Source: a virus. From it: a DNA stretch of 36,948 nucleotides. Position numbers and translations under genes: made by a program. Positions 16,952 to 26,184 of this stretch are shown one piece after another (positions within the stretch are counted from its first letter, which is position 1; every line of letters starts with the position of its first letter). The DNA is taken from UHGV virus genome UHGV-0135461; one strand, given 5' to 3'. The notes beneath the pieces are model-generated. The model was not told the DNA's origin, made no database searches, and saw only the letters and a list, made by a program, of their open reading frames with translations.

Positions 16952-18296
16952 TGGAATTAAGAGATTATGGAAAGGAATCATGAGGATGTTTGGATATACG
17001 ACATTAAAACAGATCATCGGCAAGGATATCGCACTATCCAACGACATGATATATGCAATCAACAGATGGAGACAGATGTTAAATGGTGATGCAGAATGGA
17101 TTTCAGATAGCATCGTTTCTCTTGGGATTGAAGATGGAATCTGCCGAGAGTTTGCAGACTGCGCACTTGTAGAAATGGAAACCAATGTAAGCAATGAACG
17201 TCTGGACAAGATCTATCAGAAGAATATCGCAAGTCTGAATGAGAATCTTCAGGAAGGTCTTGCACTCGGATCATTTGTTTTGAAACCACTGGGAGAATCG
17301 GCTGCAGAATTTATCTCAGCCGACAAGATCATACCGATCAGTTTTGGGGATGATGGGAAGCCGAATGACATTGCGTTTCTGACCGTAAAAAAGGTTGGGG
17401 GCGCTGATTATTTCACAAGGCTCGAACGACACTATTTTGTGGACGGGAATCTGACCATAGAAAACAAGTGTTTCCACTCCCAGACAGCGAATGATATCGG
17501 CCTTCCATGCAGCTTAGAAGCAGTGGAAGAGTGGGAAAATATCCTACCTGGACCGATTACATACCCCGGCATGAATCGAATGGACTTTGGATATTATCGG
17601 AATCCGATTAAAAACAAGGTGGATGGTTCTTCCTGTGGTGTATCGGTATATGAATCTGCTTCTGAGTTGATTCGAAAAGCGGATACGCAGGGCGCAAGGC
17701 TTGACTGGGAATACGAATCTGGCGAGCGTGCTATCCATGTGGATAATAGAGCACTTAAGCAAGACAAGGCAACCGGAAAACTTGGACTGCCAAAACTCAA
17801 AAACAAATTGTATCGGGGGATGAATCTGGATGCTGGAAAGGATCAGGAACTCTTGAAAGAATACTCCCCAGAAATGAGGGACGAAGCCTTTAAGCGTGGG
17901 TTGGAGGAATACAAGCGTGAGATTGAATTTTCCGTAGGTCTTGCTTATGGAGACCTGTCAGATGCGCAGGAAGTAGCGAAAACAGCCACGGAAATTAAAG
18001 CATCAAAGAACCGGAAGTACAACCGAGTAACGGCAATCCAGAACAATTTATATGATTGCTTGGAAGACTTCGCCGCAGGGCTTGCATTCTACAACAGCAT
18101 GCTTAATTCGGGATATGAGTTCTCTTGCAAATTCAACGATTCCATTCTGACCGATGAGGAAACAGAGCGTCAGCAGGATAGACAGGACGTGAGCATGGGG
18201 GTTATGTCACATCTGGAATACCGAATGAAATGGTACAACGAGGATGAAGCCACAGCGAAAAAGATGTTGCCGGAACAGAATCAGATTATGGAATAG
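16944..18296 (+). CDS. portal protein
   Basis: 450 aa, directly after terL, with the size and charge pattern typical of SPP1-type portals. Confidence 0.75.
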   Translation: MFDGIKRLWKGIMRMFGYTTLKQIIGKDIALSNDMIYAINRWRQMLNGDAEWISDSIVSLGIEDGICREFADCALVEMETNVSNERLDKIYQKNIASLNENLQEGLALGSFVLKPLGESAAEFISADKIIPISFGDDGKPNDIAFLTVKKVGGADYFTRLERHYFVDGNLTIENKCFHSQTANDIGLPCSLEAVEEWENILPGPITYPGMNRMDFGYYRNPIKNKVDGSSCGVSVYESASELIRKADTQGARLDWEYESGERAIHVDNRALKQDKATGKLGLPKLKNKLYRGMNLDAGKDQELLKEYSPEMRDEAFKRGLEEYKREIEFSVGLAYGDLSDAQEVAKTATEIKASKNRKYNRVTAIQNNLYDCLEDFAAGLAFYNSMLNSGYEFSCKFNDSILTDEETERQQDRQDVSMGVMSHLEYRMKWYNEDEATAKKMLPEQNQIME

Positions 18297-18305
18297 GTGA
18301 TCTAA

Positions 18306-19490
18306 TTGAGAGAGGACTATAGGAAACAACTATCCGGGCAGATTGAAAAGCATTTTTTGGATCTGGAACATATGATTCTTGAGGATATCGTCAGGAGAAT
18401 CAAAAAAGCAGGAAAAATCACAAGCACGGCAGACTGGCAGATCAATAGACTACAGATTATCGGGTACTCTTCTGAGGATATCGAAAAGATGATAAAAACC
18501 GCGCTGAACCTATCCTATCCGGAAGTGTTTGAACTGTATGACAAGGTTATCGACTGGGAATATGTCCGCAATAAAGACATCTACGAGCAGGTCAATGTGG
18601 AATATATCCCCTACGAGGATAATAAGGAGTTGCAACAGCTTACAGATGGATTCATCCGGCAGAGCAATGATGATCTGCGGAACGTCACAAAGTCCATGGG
18701 ATTTTATGTGGATTACGGCGGCGGTAGGCTTGTTATGACTCCATTATCCGACATCTACCAAGGATATCTGGATAAGGCTATCGCAGGTGTGGTTTACGGC
18801 ACATTTGACTATAACACCATGATTCGCAAGGTGGTCACACAGCTCACAAACAGCGGACTCAGGAGCATTGATTACGCTTCCGGGTGGCATAGCAGGGTAG
18901 ACGTGGCGGCAAGGAGAGCGGTTATGGCGGGAGTATCACAGCTTACTGGGAAGATCACGGATATAAACGCCGAGAAGTTAGGAACAGATTATTTTGAGGT
19001 GGAATGGCACGCCGGAGCCAGACCAACTCACGCAGCATGGCAAGGAAAGGTATACAGCAAGGAAGAACTCATAACTGTATGCGGACTAGGAAGTGTGACT
19101 GGATTACTCGGGGCAAACTGCTATCACATCTATCATGTATTTATTCCCGGAATATCCGAAAGAAACTGGACAGATGAGTGGCTGGAAGAGCAAAACCGCA
19201 AGGAAAGTATACCTAAGATATTTAACGGCAAGGAATACACCTTATACGAAGCCAAACAGCAACAGAGGAAAAAGGAAACAGCAATGAGGGCACAGAGAGA
19301 AAAAGCTGTGCTATTAAAACAGGGTGGTGCTGACCCAGGCGATGTGATGCTTGCGAAAGCAAAGTATCAAGGACAACTGGGAGAATACACTAGATTTTGC
19401 AAACGAATGGGGCTGCATCAAGAGCGTGAGCGCATCTATTACGATATGCGCGGAAGAGTGGCACCCGTACCAAAACGATTTAGGAGGTAG
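18306..19490 (+). CDS. minor head protein, Phage_Mu_F / SPP1 gp7-like head morphogenesis domain
   Basis: TTG start. EVEWHAGARPTHAAWQGKVY matches the Mu F motif. The C-terminus is basic. Confidence 0.75.
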   Translation: MREDYRKQLSGQIEKHFLDLEHMILEDIVRRIKKAGKITSTADWQINRLQIIGYSSEDIEKMIKTALNLSYPEVFELYDKVIDWEYVRNKDIYEQVNVEYIPYEDNKELQQLTDGFIRQSNDDLRNVTKSMGFYVDYGGGRLVMTPLSDIYQGYLDKAIAGVVYGTFDYNTMIRKVVTQLTNSGLRSIDYASGWHSRVDVAARRAVMAGVSQLTGKITDINAEKLGTDYFEVEWHAGARPTHAAWQGKVYSKEELITVCGLGSVTGLLGANCYHIYHVFIPGISERNWTDEWLEEQNRKESIPKIFNGKEYTLYEAKQQQRKKETAMRAQREKAVLLKQGGADPGDVMLAKAKYQGQLGEYTRFCKRMGLHQERERIYYDMRGRVAPVPKRFRR

Positions 19491-19493
19491 AAA

Positions 19494-19775
19494 ATGAGTA
19501 AAGTAAAAGTAATCAGACAGCCAACAGCGGAAGCAACATTGATTTTTGAATTTGAGGTGGCATCATCTGAATTTCTGGTCAAGAATTTCACGGACGGTGA
19601 TATCTACGCATCTCTGGAAAGGGACGCAACAAAAGAGCAGAGCGTATTGATTCCGGCGCAGACTGCACAGCGATTGCAGTACGGTTCTTACGGCGGTGGA
19701 AAGAGTAACCTCGTCCAGATCATCCCCACAGCAACCAGCGAAAAAGGAGTAGAAGTGCAATGCTTAAAATGGTAG
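19494..19775 (+). CDS. hypothetical protein (93 aa)
   Basis: AGGAGG SD. Confidence 0.5.
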   Translation: MSKVKVIRQPTAEATLIFEFEVASSEFLVKNFTDGDIYASLERDATKEQSVLIPAQTAQRLQYGSYGGGKSNLVQIIPTATSEKGVEVQCLKW

Positions 19776-20974
19776 ACGGAACAGGAATCATAGGAGTGGA
19801 TATGATCTGCCCTTTAGGAGTCTCCACTCCACAGCCACCGAATTATGACAGGGTAGAGCTAGAGGGCACAGGGATGTTGGTACTTCCGAACAGCTTGGAT
19901 GCGCCGCTTGAGAGGTTGGAGCTTGGTGGAAAGACGGAACAGGTGCAGACTACTGGAGCGCAGTTGTTTGAAGCGAAAAATGCAGAACTTAATAAATGGG
20001 TTGACTCAACAGGAATCATAGCGACAGTTGGTCGTAACTGTATATTCAGGCTGAATGTAAAGCCAAACACCGTTTACCAAGTGAACATTCTATCGGCATC
20101 ATGCACATTTTCATTCTCGCAGTTCAGCAAAGAAAATGTTTTCCTGGAACGAACCGTGTTTTCAAAAGGTACAAAATCTTTTAAATGTACCACAACAGAA
20201 AATGTTGACTATGCGTATTTCCTTATTGGTGGCACTGTCGACAATATTAATGGAATAATAAATGACGTGATGCTATATGAAGGAGAGGAATATAAGAATT
20301 ACGAACCCTACACAGGCGGTAAACCATCCCCAAGCCCAGAATATCCGCAGGAAATTAAAAATGTTGGGAAATGGAATGAGGAAACGCAGAAGTATGAAGT
20401 GGATGTGAAAATTACCAACGCCGAACAGAATTGGAGCAAAGAACAAACCCTCACCATCACATCCGACAGACCAATCACAAAGTGGGACAGACTGGTAGAG
20501 CAGGGTGGACAGATTGGGTGGTTGTATGCAGGGGTTGTTATTGACAGATTTGACGGACAATCTAACAAAATAAGTATTGCAAATAAAAAGGGAGATGTTC
20601 AAAACTTTTCAATTCAATTTGACAATGTGCCGAATGGAAACGGAAATACGGATATTTTTATAGATAAATATAGGGCTGTCCAATTATCATATACCAAAGC
20701 AGAATACGGAATCTGTTGCAACTGGAATGACGGAGTTAAATATTTTAGCGCACCAAACAAAAACGTCGCAACAGTCGATGAATTTAAGGCGTGGCCCGTA
20801 GAAAATCCGTTAAAAATCGCTTACGAAACTACGAACCCCGAATTCATCCCCCTCCCACAATCCGAGCAAAACGCAATCCGTGCCTTAAAAACCTACTACC
20901 CTACCACAGTCATCACGGCAGACGGAGGGGAGCTTGACCCAGATATTAAAGTAACATACCGAAAGGAGATATGA
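19760..20974 (+). CDS. tail-fibre-like structural protein located in the head module
   Basis: 404 aa. LELGGKTEQVQTTGAQLFEAKN and SPEYPQEIKNVG are typical of the N-terminal region of Firmicutes prophage fibre/minor structural proteins. Confidence 0.55.
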   Translation: MLKMVDGTGIIGVDMICPLGVSTPQPPNYDRVELEGTGMLVLPNSLDAPLERLELGGKTEQVQTTGAQLFEAKNAELNKWVDSTGIIATVGRNCIFRLNVKPNTVYQVNILSASCTFSFSQFSKENVFLERTVFSKGTKSFKCTTTENVDYAYFLIGGTVDNINGIINDVMLYEGEEYKNYEPYTGGKPSPSPEYPQEIKNVGKWNEETQKYEVDVKITNAEQNWSKEQTLTITSDRPITKWDRLVEQGGQIGWLYAGVVIDRFDGQSNKISIANKKGDVQNFSIQFDNVPNGNGNTDIFIDKYRAVQLSYTKAEYGICCNWNDGVKYFSAPNKNVATVDEFKAWPVENPLKIAYETTNPEFIPLPQSEQNAIRALKTYYPTTVITADGGELDPDIKVTYRKEI

Positions 20975-20975
20975 T

Positions 20976-21263
20976 ATGAACTACGCAAAAATCATGGAAA
21001 ACGGAACTGTGAGAATCAGCTCCATCAAGAAAGAGGGCTACAAACCACTCAAGGAAGAGAAACCAGAGGGATTTAGTAACCTCGTCTTTGTCGGCTATAC
21101 AGAGACAGAAGAGAATGTAATCAAAGAATACGAAGCAGTGGATGACGGTATGAGCGCCTATGGTAAATTACAGAACGACTTGAAAGCAACACAGGCGGCG
21201 CAGGAAGTCACAGACCAAGCGGTGCAGGAGTTAATTTTAGCAACAATGAAAACGGGGGTGTAA
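20976..21263 (+). CDS. hypothetical protein (95 aa), possibly XkdW-like
   Basis: AAAGGAG SD. It follows the fibre-like gene. Similarity to XkdW is weak. Confidence 0.4.
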   Translation: MNYAKIMENGTVRISSIKKEGYKPLKEEKPEGFSNLVFVGYTETEENVIKEYEAVDDGMSAYGKLQNDLKATQAAQEVTDQAVQELILATMKTGV

Positions 21264-21266
21264 ATT

Positions 21267-21362
21267 ATGGCACAGTTTTTGGCAAATAGAATCAAAGGTG
21301 GACACTTGACAATCGATGATGTACCGGAGAGCTTAAAAGAACAGGTACAGGCGTTACTTTAG
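21267..21362 (+). CDS. very small protein (31 aa), possibly XkdX-like
   Basis: MAQFLANRIKGGHLTIDDVPESLKEQVQALL with a GGGGGTG SD. Confidence 0.35.
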   Translation: MAQFLANRIKGGHLTIDDVPESLKEQVQALL

Positions 21363-21510
21363 GAGTAAAAATTGAATAAGTAGGACATTAGCACATAGAG
21401 ATATGTGTTATTTTTATGCCTTTTTGGTCAGTAGATGAGACCTTAAACAGTCAATTCGTGGCGGTTGGTAACACGCCTAAAACTACCTAATGCGAAAGGA
21501 GATTGGAAAC

Positions 21511-22062
21511 ATGAAAACAGAATTTTTAAAAGAACTCGGATTGGAACAGGATGTTATTGATAAGATCATGGCAGAGAACGGGAAAGACATTGCCGCTGAA
21601 AAGGCAAAGACAACCAAAGCAGAGGGTGAGCGTGACAATTACAAGAGTCAGCTTGAGACTGCAACGGAATCTTTAGAGAAATTTAAAGACATAGATCCGG
21701 CAGCTATGCAGGGCGAGATTGACAAGCTGAATCAGCAGTTAAAAGACAAAGATACTGAGTATGCCGCCAAAGAAGCGGATCGCATCTTTTCCGACACGAT
21801 CAAAGAAGCGATCAAGACAGCTGGTGGACGCAATGAAAAAGCAGTCATGGCTATGCTTGATATGAACGCTTTAAAAGAATCAAAAAACCAGTCTGAGGAC
21901 ATCAAAAAAGCATTGGAAACCGTAAAGGAATCTGATGCTTATTTATTTGGTTCTAATGAACCATTCATGAACGCAGTCGGAGCAACAGGAGGCGGTGCCG
22001 ATGTTGGTGGAGATAATCTGTCAGCAATCAGAGCGGCCATGGGACTTCCGGCAGAAAAATAA
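21511..22062 (+). CDS. phage scaffolding protein (GP20-like)
   Basis: The start was moved to MKTEFLKELGLEQDVIDKIMAENGKDI, which has an AAAGGAGA SD. The protein is a charged coiled coil with a Gly-rich C-terminus. Confidence 0.75.
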   Translation: MKTEFLKELGLEQDVIDKIMAENGKDIAAEKAKTTKAEGERDNYKSQLETATESLEKFKDIDPAAMQGEIDKLNQQLKDKDTEYAAKEADRIFSDTIKEAIKTAGGRNEKAVMAMLDMNALKESKNQSEDIKKALETVKESDAYLFGSNEPFMNAVGATGGGADVGGDNLSAIRAAMGLPAEK

Positions 22063-22089
22063 TTTTTAGAAAGAAAGAGGTAAAAAGAT

Positions 22090-22947
22090 ATGGCAAATAC
22101 AATTGCATTAAGAAAAGCATATTCTACTATGCTTGATGAGGTTTATAAACTGGCATCCCTTACAGCCGTATTAGACGGTCCAAACGAACTTGTAAAAGAG
22201 GGTGCAAACGCAAATGAAATTTTGATTCCGAAAATGACGATGTCCGGTCTTGCAAATTACAATAAGCAGACAGGATATGTTGCAGGTGACGTGACACTTG
22301 AGTACGAGACTAAGAAATGTACTTATGATCGAGGCCGTATGTTCACTGTGGACGCTATGGACAATATCGAGTCTGCAGGCGTTGCCTTCGGACGTCTTTC
22401 TGGAGAATTTTTGAGAACACAGGTTGTTCCGGAGCTTGACGCTTGGAGACTTGCATCTTATGCAGGATACGCACCATCTGCTAATAAAGTAGCAGCAGCG
22501 ATTGCAGATGCGAAGGCCGGAATTGCAGCAATTAGAAAAGGCAAGACTGCTATTAAAAATGCGGAGGCAAAGCCGGAAACCTGTTATCTGTATATCTCTG
22601 CCGCACTCAAAGGGGATATTGAGGACCTTGATACAACGGCATCCAAGAAAGTCCTGGAAGGCTGGGCTGGAGTGATTGAAGTTCCTGAGGGAAGATTTTT
22701 CGACAAAGTCACGTTGACAGCATCTGGAGCCGGCGGCTTTACAACAACAGGCGGTAAGAAGATTGATTTCTTGATTGTTGACAAGAATGCAGTAATCCAG
22801 AATCAGAAGCACACTGTATCTAAGATCATCACACCGGATCAGAATCAGGATGCGGATGCTTGGAAGTTCGGATATCGTACCGTAGGTATTGCAGAAGCGA
22901 AAGACAACAAAAAAGTGGCCATCTATGTGCACACTGCTGTGGAGTAG
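22090..22947 (+). CDS. major capsid protein
   Basis: 285 aa, directly after the scaffold gene. The minus-strand 353-aa ORF over it is spurious. Confidence 0.65.
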   Translation: MANTIALRKAYSTMLDEVYKLASLTAVLDGPNELVKEGANANEILIPKMTMSGLANYNKQTGYVAGDVTLEYETKKCTYDRGRMFTVDAMDNIESAGVAFGRLSGEFLRTQVVPELDAWRLASYAGYAPSANKVAAAIADAKAGIAAIRKGKTAIKNAEAKPETCYLYISAALKGDIEDLDTTASKKVLEGWAGVIEVPEGRFFDKVTLTASGAGGFTTTGGKKIDFLIVDKNAVIQNQKHTVSKIITPDQNQDADAWKFGYRTVGIAEAKDNKKVAIYVHTAVE

Positions 22948-22959
22948 GAGTTGATCTGA

Positions 22960-23346
22960 ATGAATTTGTATGCGGACTATAACTTCTATATGACGGAGTA
23001 TAAGGGAAAAGCCACAGAAGAAGAATTTCGAAGGCAGATCGTGAAAGCAAGTGCCCACGTTCGGAGGATTACCTTTGGGCGTGCGGACAACTGCACGGAA
23101 ATGGAAGAGGTGAAACTTGCTGTATGTGCAGTTTGCGATGTACTGATTTCGGATGAAAAAAGCCGAGAAAATAACAGTGGCAGACAGATCGCATCGGAGA
23201 GTACGGATGGATATTCCGTAAGCTATGTACAAGAAAAATCAGCTGATGAGACATCAGAAGAATTGTCATGTCGGAAAGCGTGTCAGGCGGCGGAACTATA
23301 CTTGGAACCGACAGGTCTGCTCTATGCGGGGGTGGAAGAGTGCTGA
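22960..23346 (+). CDS. head-tail connector/adaptor protein (putative)
   Basis: 128 aa. Assigned by position after the capsid gene. Confidence 0.45.
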   Translation: MNLYADYNFYMTEYKGKATEEEFRRQIVKASAHVRRITFGRADNCTEMEEVKLAVCAVCDVLISDEKSRENNSGRQIASESTDGYSVSYVQEKSADETSEELSCRKACQAAELYLEPTGLLYAGVEEC

Positions 23347-23675
23347 CCAATACAGATGCTACGATATACCACAGACAGTATGATCCGGAAACAAGACTGG
23401 ATCAATGGGAACGGGAATATATCCCGGAAGTATGGTGGTATAAAAATGAAAAGTCGCAGATCACGACAGATGGGTTAAAGCAAGCAGACACTTACACAGT
23501 CAGAATCCCGGATACGAACATAGAAATTAAGAAAGACGATTACCTTGTAAAAGGCGATTGCAAGGTTGACATGCAGACGATTAAGGACTTGGACGGGCTG
23601 GACAAGGCTAGAATTACATCTGCAAACTACAATACTTTTGGCGGCAATCCTCATATTAAGGTGGTGGGAGTGTAG
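23268..23675 (+). CDS. head closure / head-tail joining protein (putative; start uncertain, alternative GTG at 23340)
   Basis: Assigned by position. YHRQYDPETRLDQWEREYIPEVWWYK. Confidence 0.4.
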   Translation: MSESVSGGGTILGTDRSALCGGGRVLTNTDATIYHRQYDPETRLDQWEREYIPEVWWYKNEKSQITTDGLKQADTYTVRIPDTNIEIKKDDYLVKGDCKVDMQTIKDLDGLDKARITSANYNTFGGNPHIKVVGV

Positions 23676-24076
23676 TGGCAAAAGGAAAGAAGAAATTTAA
23701 GATCGAGACACCGAGAGGTAAGATATCAACTTACACGATTTCCAAGGGAGATTTGAAAGGAAGGACAATAGCGAGACTCGACTGGAATCCGAACTTTAAA
23801 CCGAATATGGAATCTGGCTTTGCGAATGCACAGGAGTTTGTTGACTCTGAATGCATCCGGCGTATGAACCCGGAGACTCCAAGACGGACAGGAGTACTCG
23901 TTAAGTCAGCAACCCTTGGCACTGTGATTGGCAGTGGTGAGATCAACCAGATTGCGCCTTACGCACGTAGACAGTATTACGAGCACAAGGAAAAATCACG
24001 ATGGTTTGAGCGCATGAAAAACCGCCACAAAGACTCTATCCTGAAAGGAGCGGCGAAGTATGTCAAATCTCATTGA
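23675..24076 (+). CDS. HK97 gp10-like tail component protein (putative)
   Basis: GTG start with a GGTGGTGGGAG SD. 133 aa. Confidence 0.45.
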   Translation: MAKGKKKFKIETPRGKISTYTISKGDLKGRTIARLDWNPNFKPNMESGFANAQEFVDSECIRRMNPETPRRTGVLVKSATLGTVIGSGEINQIAPYARRQYYEHKEKSRWFERMKNRHKDSILKGAAKYVKSH

Positions 24077-24479
24077 CAGCGTCAGATCATACATTCTCAC
24101 ATGTCCGTTTTTAAGTGATGGACGTGTAAATGTGGACTACATTGGAACGGATATGGGATACTCTGTTGACCCTCTCCCCTGCGACCCGATCATGCAGAGA
24201 TACATGGATGGTGGGGCAAAGAAGCAGTTCCAATTCGCATTTACAAGCCAAGAAGAATATGACCAAGACGCGCGAATTAACATTGAAAACAGTGTATTTT
24301 TCCAGAGCTTCGAAGAGTGGTTGGAACAGCAGAGTTTTAATGACAATCTTCCGGAACTCGGAGAAAAGAAGAACCCAATATCAATCGAAACTTTAAACAG
24401 CGGTTACTTGTACGATATGAACGGTGAAAACGCAAAGTATCGTATTGAGTGCCGCTTAATTTATATGCAGGAGGTATAA
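24060..24479 (+). CDS. tail terminator/completion protein (putative)
   Basis: 139 aa. It is the last gene before the major tail protein. Confidence 0.4.
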   Translation: MSNLIDSVRSYILTCPFLSDGRVNVDYIGTDMGYSVDPLPCDPIMQRYMDGGAKKQFQFAFTSQEEYDQDARINIENSVFFQSFEEWLEQQSFNDNLPELGEKKNPISIETLNSGYLYDMNGENAKYRIECRLIYMQEV

Positions 24480-24481
24480 GT

Positions 24482-25009
24482 ATGGCAGTAGCAGCAGCAC
24501 CAAAATTAGTCGGCAGACATTTGCGTGTGGCATTCATGAACACGGATGCAACGGGTAGTTCGCCGAAATACGAAAGAATGACAAATTTTACCACAATGAC
24601 AAACGGGAAAAACCCGAAAGAGTACTCCAGACAGTACGTGGATGAAAGCACCGAGAGATCAGATGTAGTTGGATATGCTCCAGCTACAGAGTACTCTTTT
24701 GATATGTATGCAGGGAATCCTGTACATGAGCGAATTGCAAAAATCCATGATGGAGAGAAAGTTGCGGATGATGCACATGTGGAAGTGGTCACGGTGGATT
24801 TTTACAAAAAGAACACGAAAGGTGACAAGTGTTACGCAACAAAGAGAACTTACGCAGTTATCCCAGATTCCGACGGAGATGGAACGGACGCATTGGTTTA
24901 TAGCGGATCACTGAAAGCTGTATCCGAAATTGAGGAAGGATATGTTACAGAGACTGATATTACATCCAAGACAGTTACTTACGCCAAGGGAGATTACATG
25001 GGGGAGTAG
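24482..25009 (+). CDS. major tail protein
   Basis: The start was moved to MAVAAAPKL, which has a GGAGGT SD. 175 aa. The gene precedes the chaperone pair and the tape measure. Confidence 0.65.
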   Translation: MAVAAAPKLVGRHLRVAFMNTDATGSSPKYERMTNFTTMTNGKNPKEYSRQYVDESTERSDVVGYAPATEYSFDMYAGNPVHERIAKIHDGEKVADDAHVEVVTVDFYKKNTKGDKCYATKRTYAVIPDSDGDGTDALVYSGSLKAVSEIEEGYVTETDITSKTVTYAKGDYMGE

Positions 25010-25064
25010 CTGTCGCCGATTTTAAGGCGGTAAAAAATACGAGAAAGAATAGGAGAGTGAGCCA

Positions 25065-25427
25065 ATGAGCCAGTGGAAATTTAATAATTTTGAAACAGAC
25101 ATCGATTTTACAGACGCAGATTTTATGGAGAAATTCGAGGGATGCTACGAAAAAATGGTTGAGGAATCTGAAAAAGTACCGAAAGTCGGAAAAGTATCCG
25201 AGATCACGAGAGCGCAATGTAAGGTTTTCAATGATTTTTATGATCGATTATTCGGAAACGGAACGAGTGGGAAAATGTTTCTCGGCAAGAACAGCATGGA
25301 CATGAGAGTTAAAGCCGCCAATTCACTGTTTGATTTACGGAACAGCGAGCAGTCCAGATATAACAGTATGGTAAACAAATATACACCAAACAGGAAAGCT
25401 AGGAGAGGGGCGAAGAAGAACCGATGA
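25065..25427 (+). CDS. tail assembly chaperone (gpG-like)
   Basis: 120 aa, acidic N-terminus and basic C-terminus. The ATGA overlap with the next gene puts that gene in the -1 frame. Confidence 0.55.
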   Translation: MSQWKFNNFETDIDFTDADFMEKFEGCYEKMVEESEKVPKVGKVSEITRAQCKVFNDFYDRLFGNGTSGKMFLGKNSMDMRVKAANSLFDLRNSEQSRYNSMVNKYTPNRKARRGAKKNR

Positions 25428-25978
25428 ACCTCTTCTATGAAGCCCTCCCGACATCGGTAATGGTAAGCGGAAGGCTTGTGAGAATCAGAACCGATTTTCG
25501 GGACTATATCTCTCTTCTGGATATGCTAAAAGATAAAGATGTTAAGCCTGTGGATAAGCGGTTGATTTTGAGTGAGTATTTTCTCGACGATGTCGAAATA
25601 TCGCATCCTGCAATTGACGCATTATGCGACTTTATGAGTGCTGATTTTTCAGACGGAGAAGCCAGTCAAACCGGAACAGTGAGGAAGAAGAATCTTTTTT
25701 CCTTTTCCGTCGATTATCCCTATATATTATCAGCATTTTTGCGTGATTACGGTATTGACTTGATTGATATTAAATATCTGCATTGGTGGAAATTCCGGAT
25801 GCTTTTTGATGGATTATCAGAGGACAATGAGATCAAGAAAAGAATTATGTACAGAGGAATTGATCTGAGCGAAGTTAAAGACCCGGAAGAGAAAAAGAGA
25901 ATCCAGAAAATTAAAAAACTGATCGAGTTAAAACAGGAAGAATTGACTGATTTTGAAATCGGTGACGCTTTTATGTAG
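25424..25978 (+). CDS. Gp15-family protein (tail assembly chaperone gpT-like)
   Basis: 184 aa, between the major tail protein and the tape measure. Confidence 0.5.
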   Translation: MNLFYEALPTSVMVSGRLVRIRTDFRDYISLLDMLKDKDVKPVDKRLILSEYFLDDVEISHPAIDALCDFMSADFSDGEASQTGTVRKKNLFSFSVDYPYILSAFLRDYGIDLIDIKYLHWWKFRMLFDGLSEDNEIKKRIMYRGIDLSEVKDPEEKKRIQKIKKLIELKQEELTDFEIGDAFM

Positions 25979-25985
25979 GTGGATC

Positions 25986-26132
25986 ATGAAAAAAGAACCA
26001 ATATTAGTCCGAGATTGGATTAGATGCCCTGTGTGCGGCTGCAAACTTGCTATTGCAGACAATACAGCCAAAAGCCACGGTATCTACGTAAAATGTCGGA
26101 CTTGTAAGAAAGAAATAGAAATTAAGAAATAA
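25986..26132 (+). CDS. cysteine-rich KTR-type zinc-ribbon protein (48 aa)
   Basis: MKKEPILVRDWIRCPVCGCK...KCRTCKKEIEIKK contains two CxxC pairs. AGGTGGA SD. Confidence 0.55.
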   Translation: MKKEPILVRDWIRCPVCGCKLAIADNTAKSHGIYVKCRTCKKEIEIKK

Positions 26133-26184
26133 AGCACTTAAGTGAGCCTATGAGCCTGTGCTATCCAAGAATAGGAGGGATAGT

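Noticed and set aside
21393-21419. CACATA-gaga-TATGTG hairpin plus T-run after the XkdX-like ORF
   Set aside because: A 6-bp AT-rich stem is too weak to call a terminator with confidence. It may still contribute to scaffold operon punctuation.
22171-23232. 353-aa minus-strand ORF, Cys-rich
   Set aside because: It is antisense to the major capsid and connector genes. It has no SD and its composition is typical of reverse-frame artefacts; the plus-strand genes have strong synteny support.
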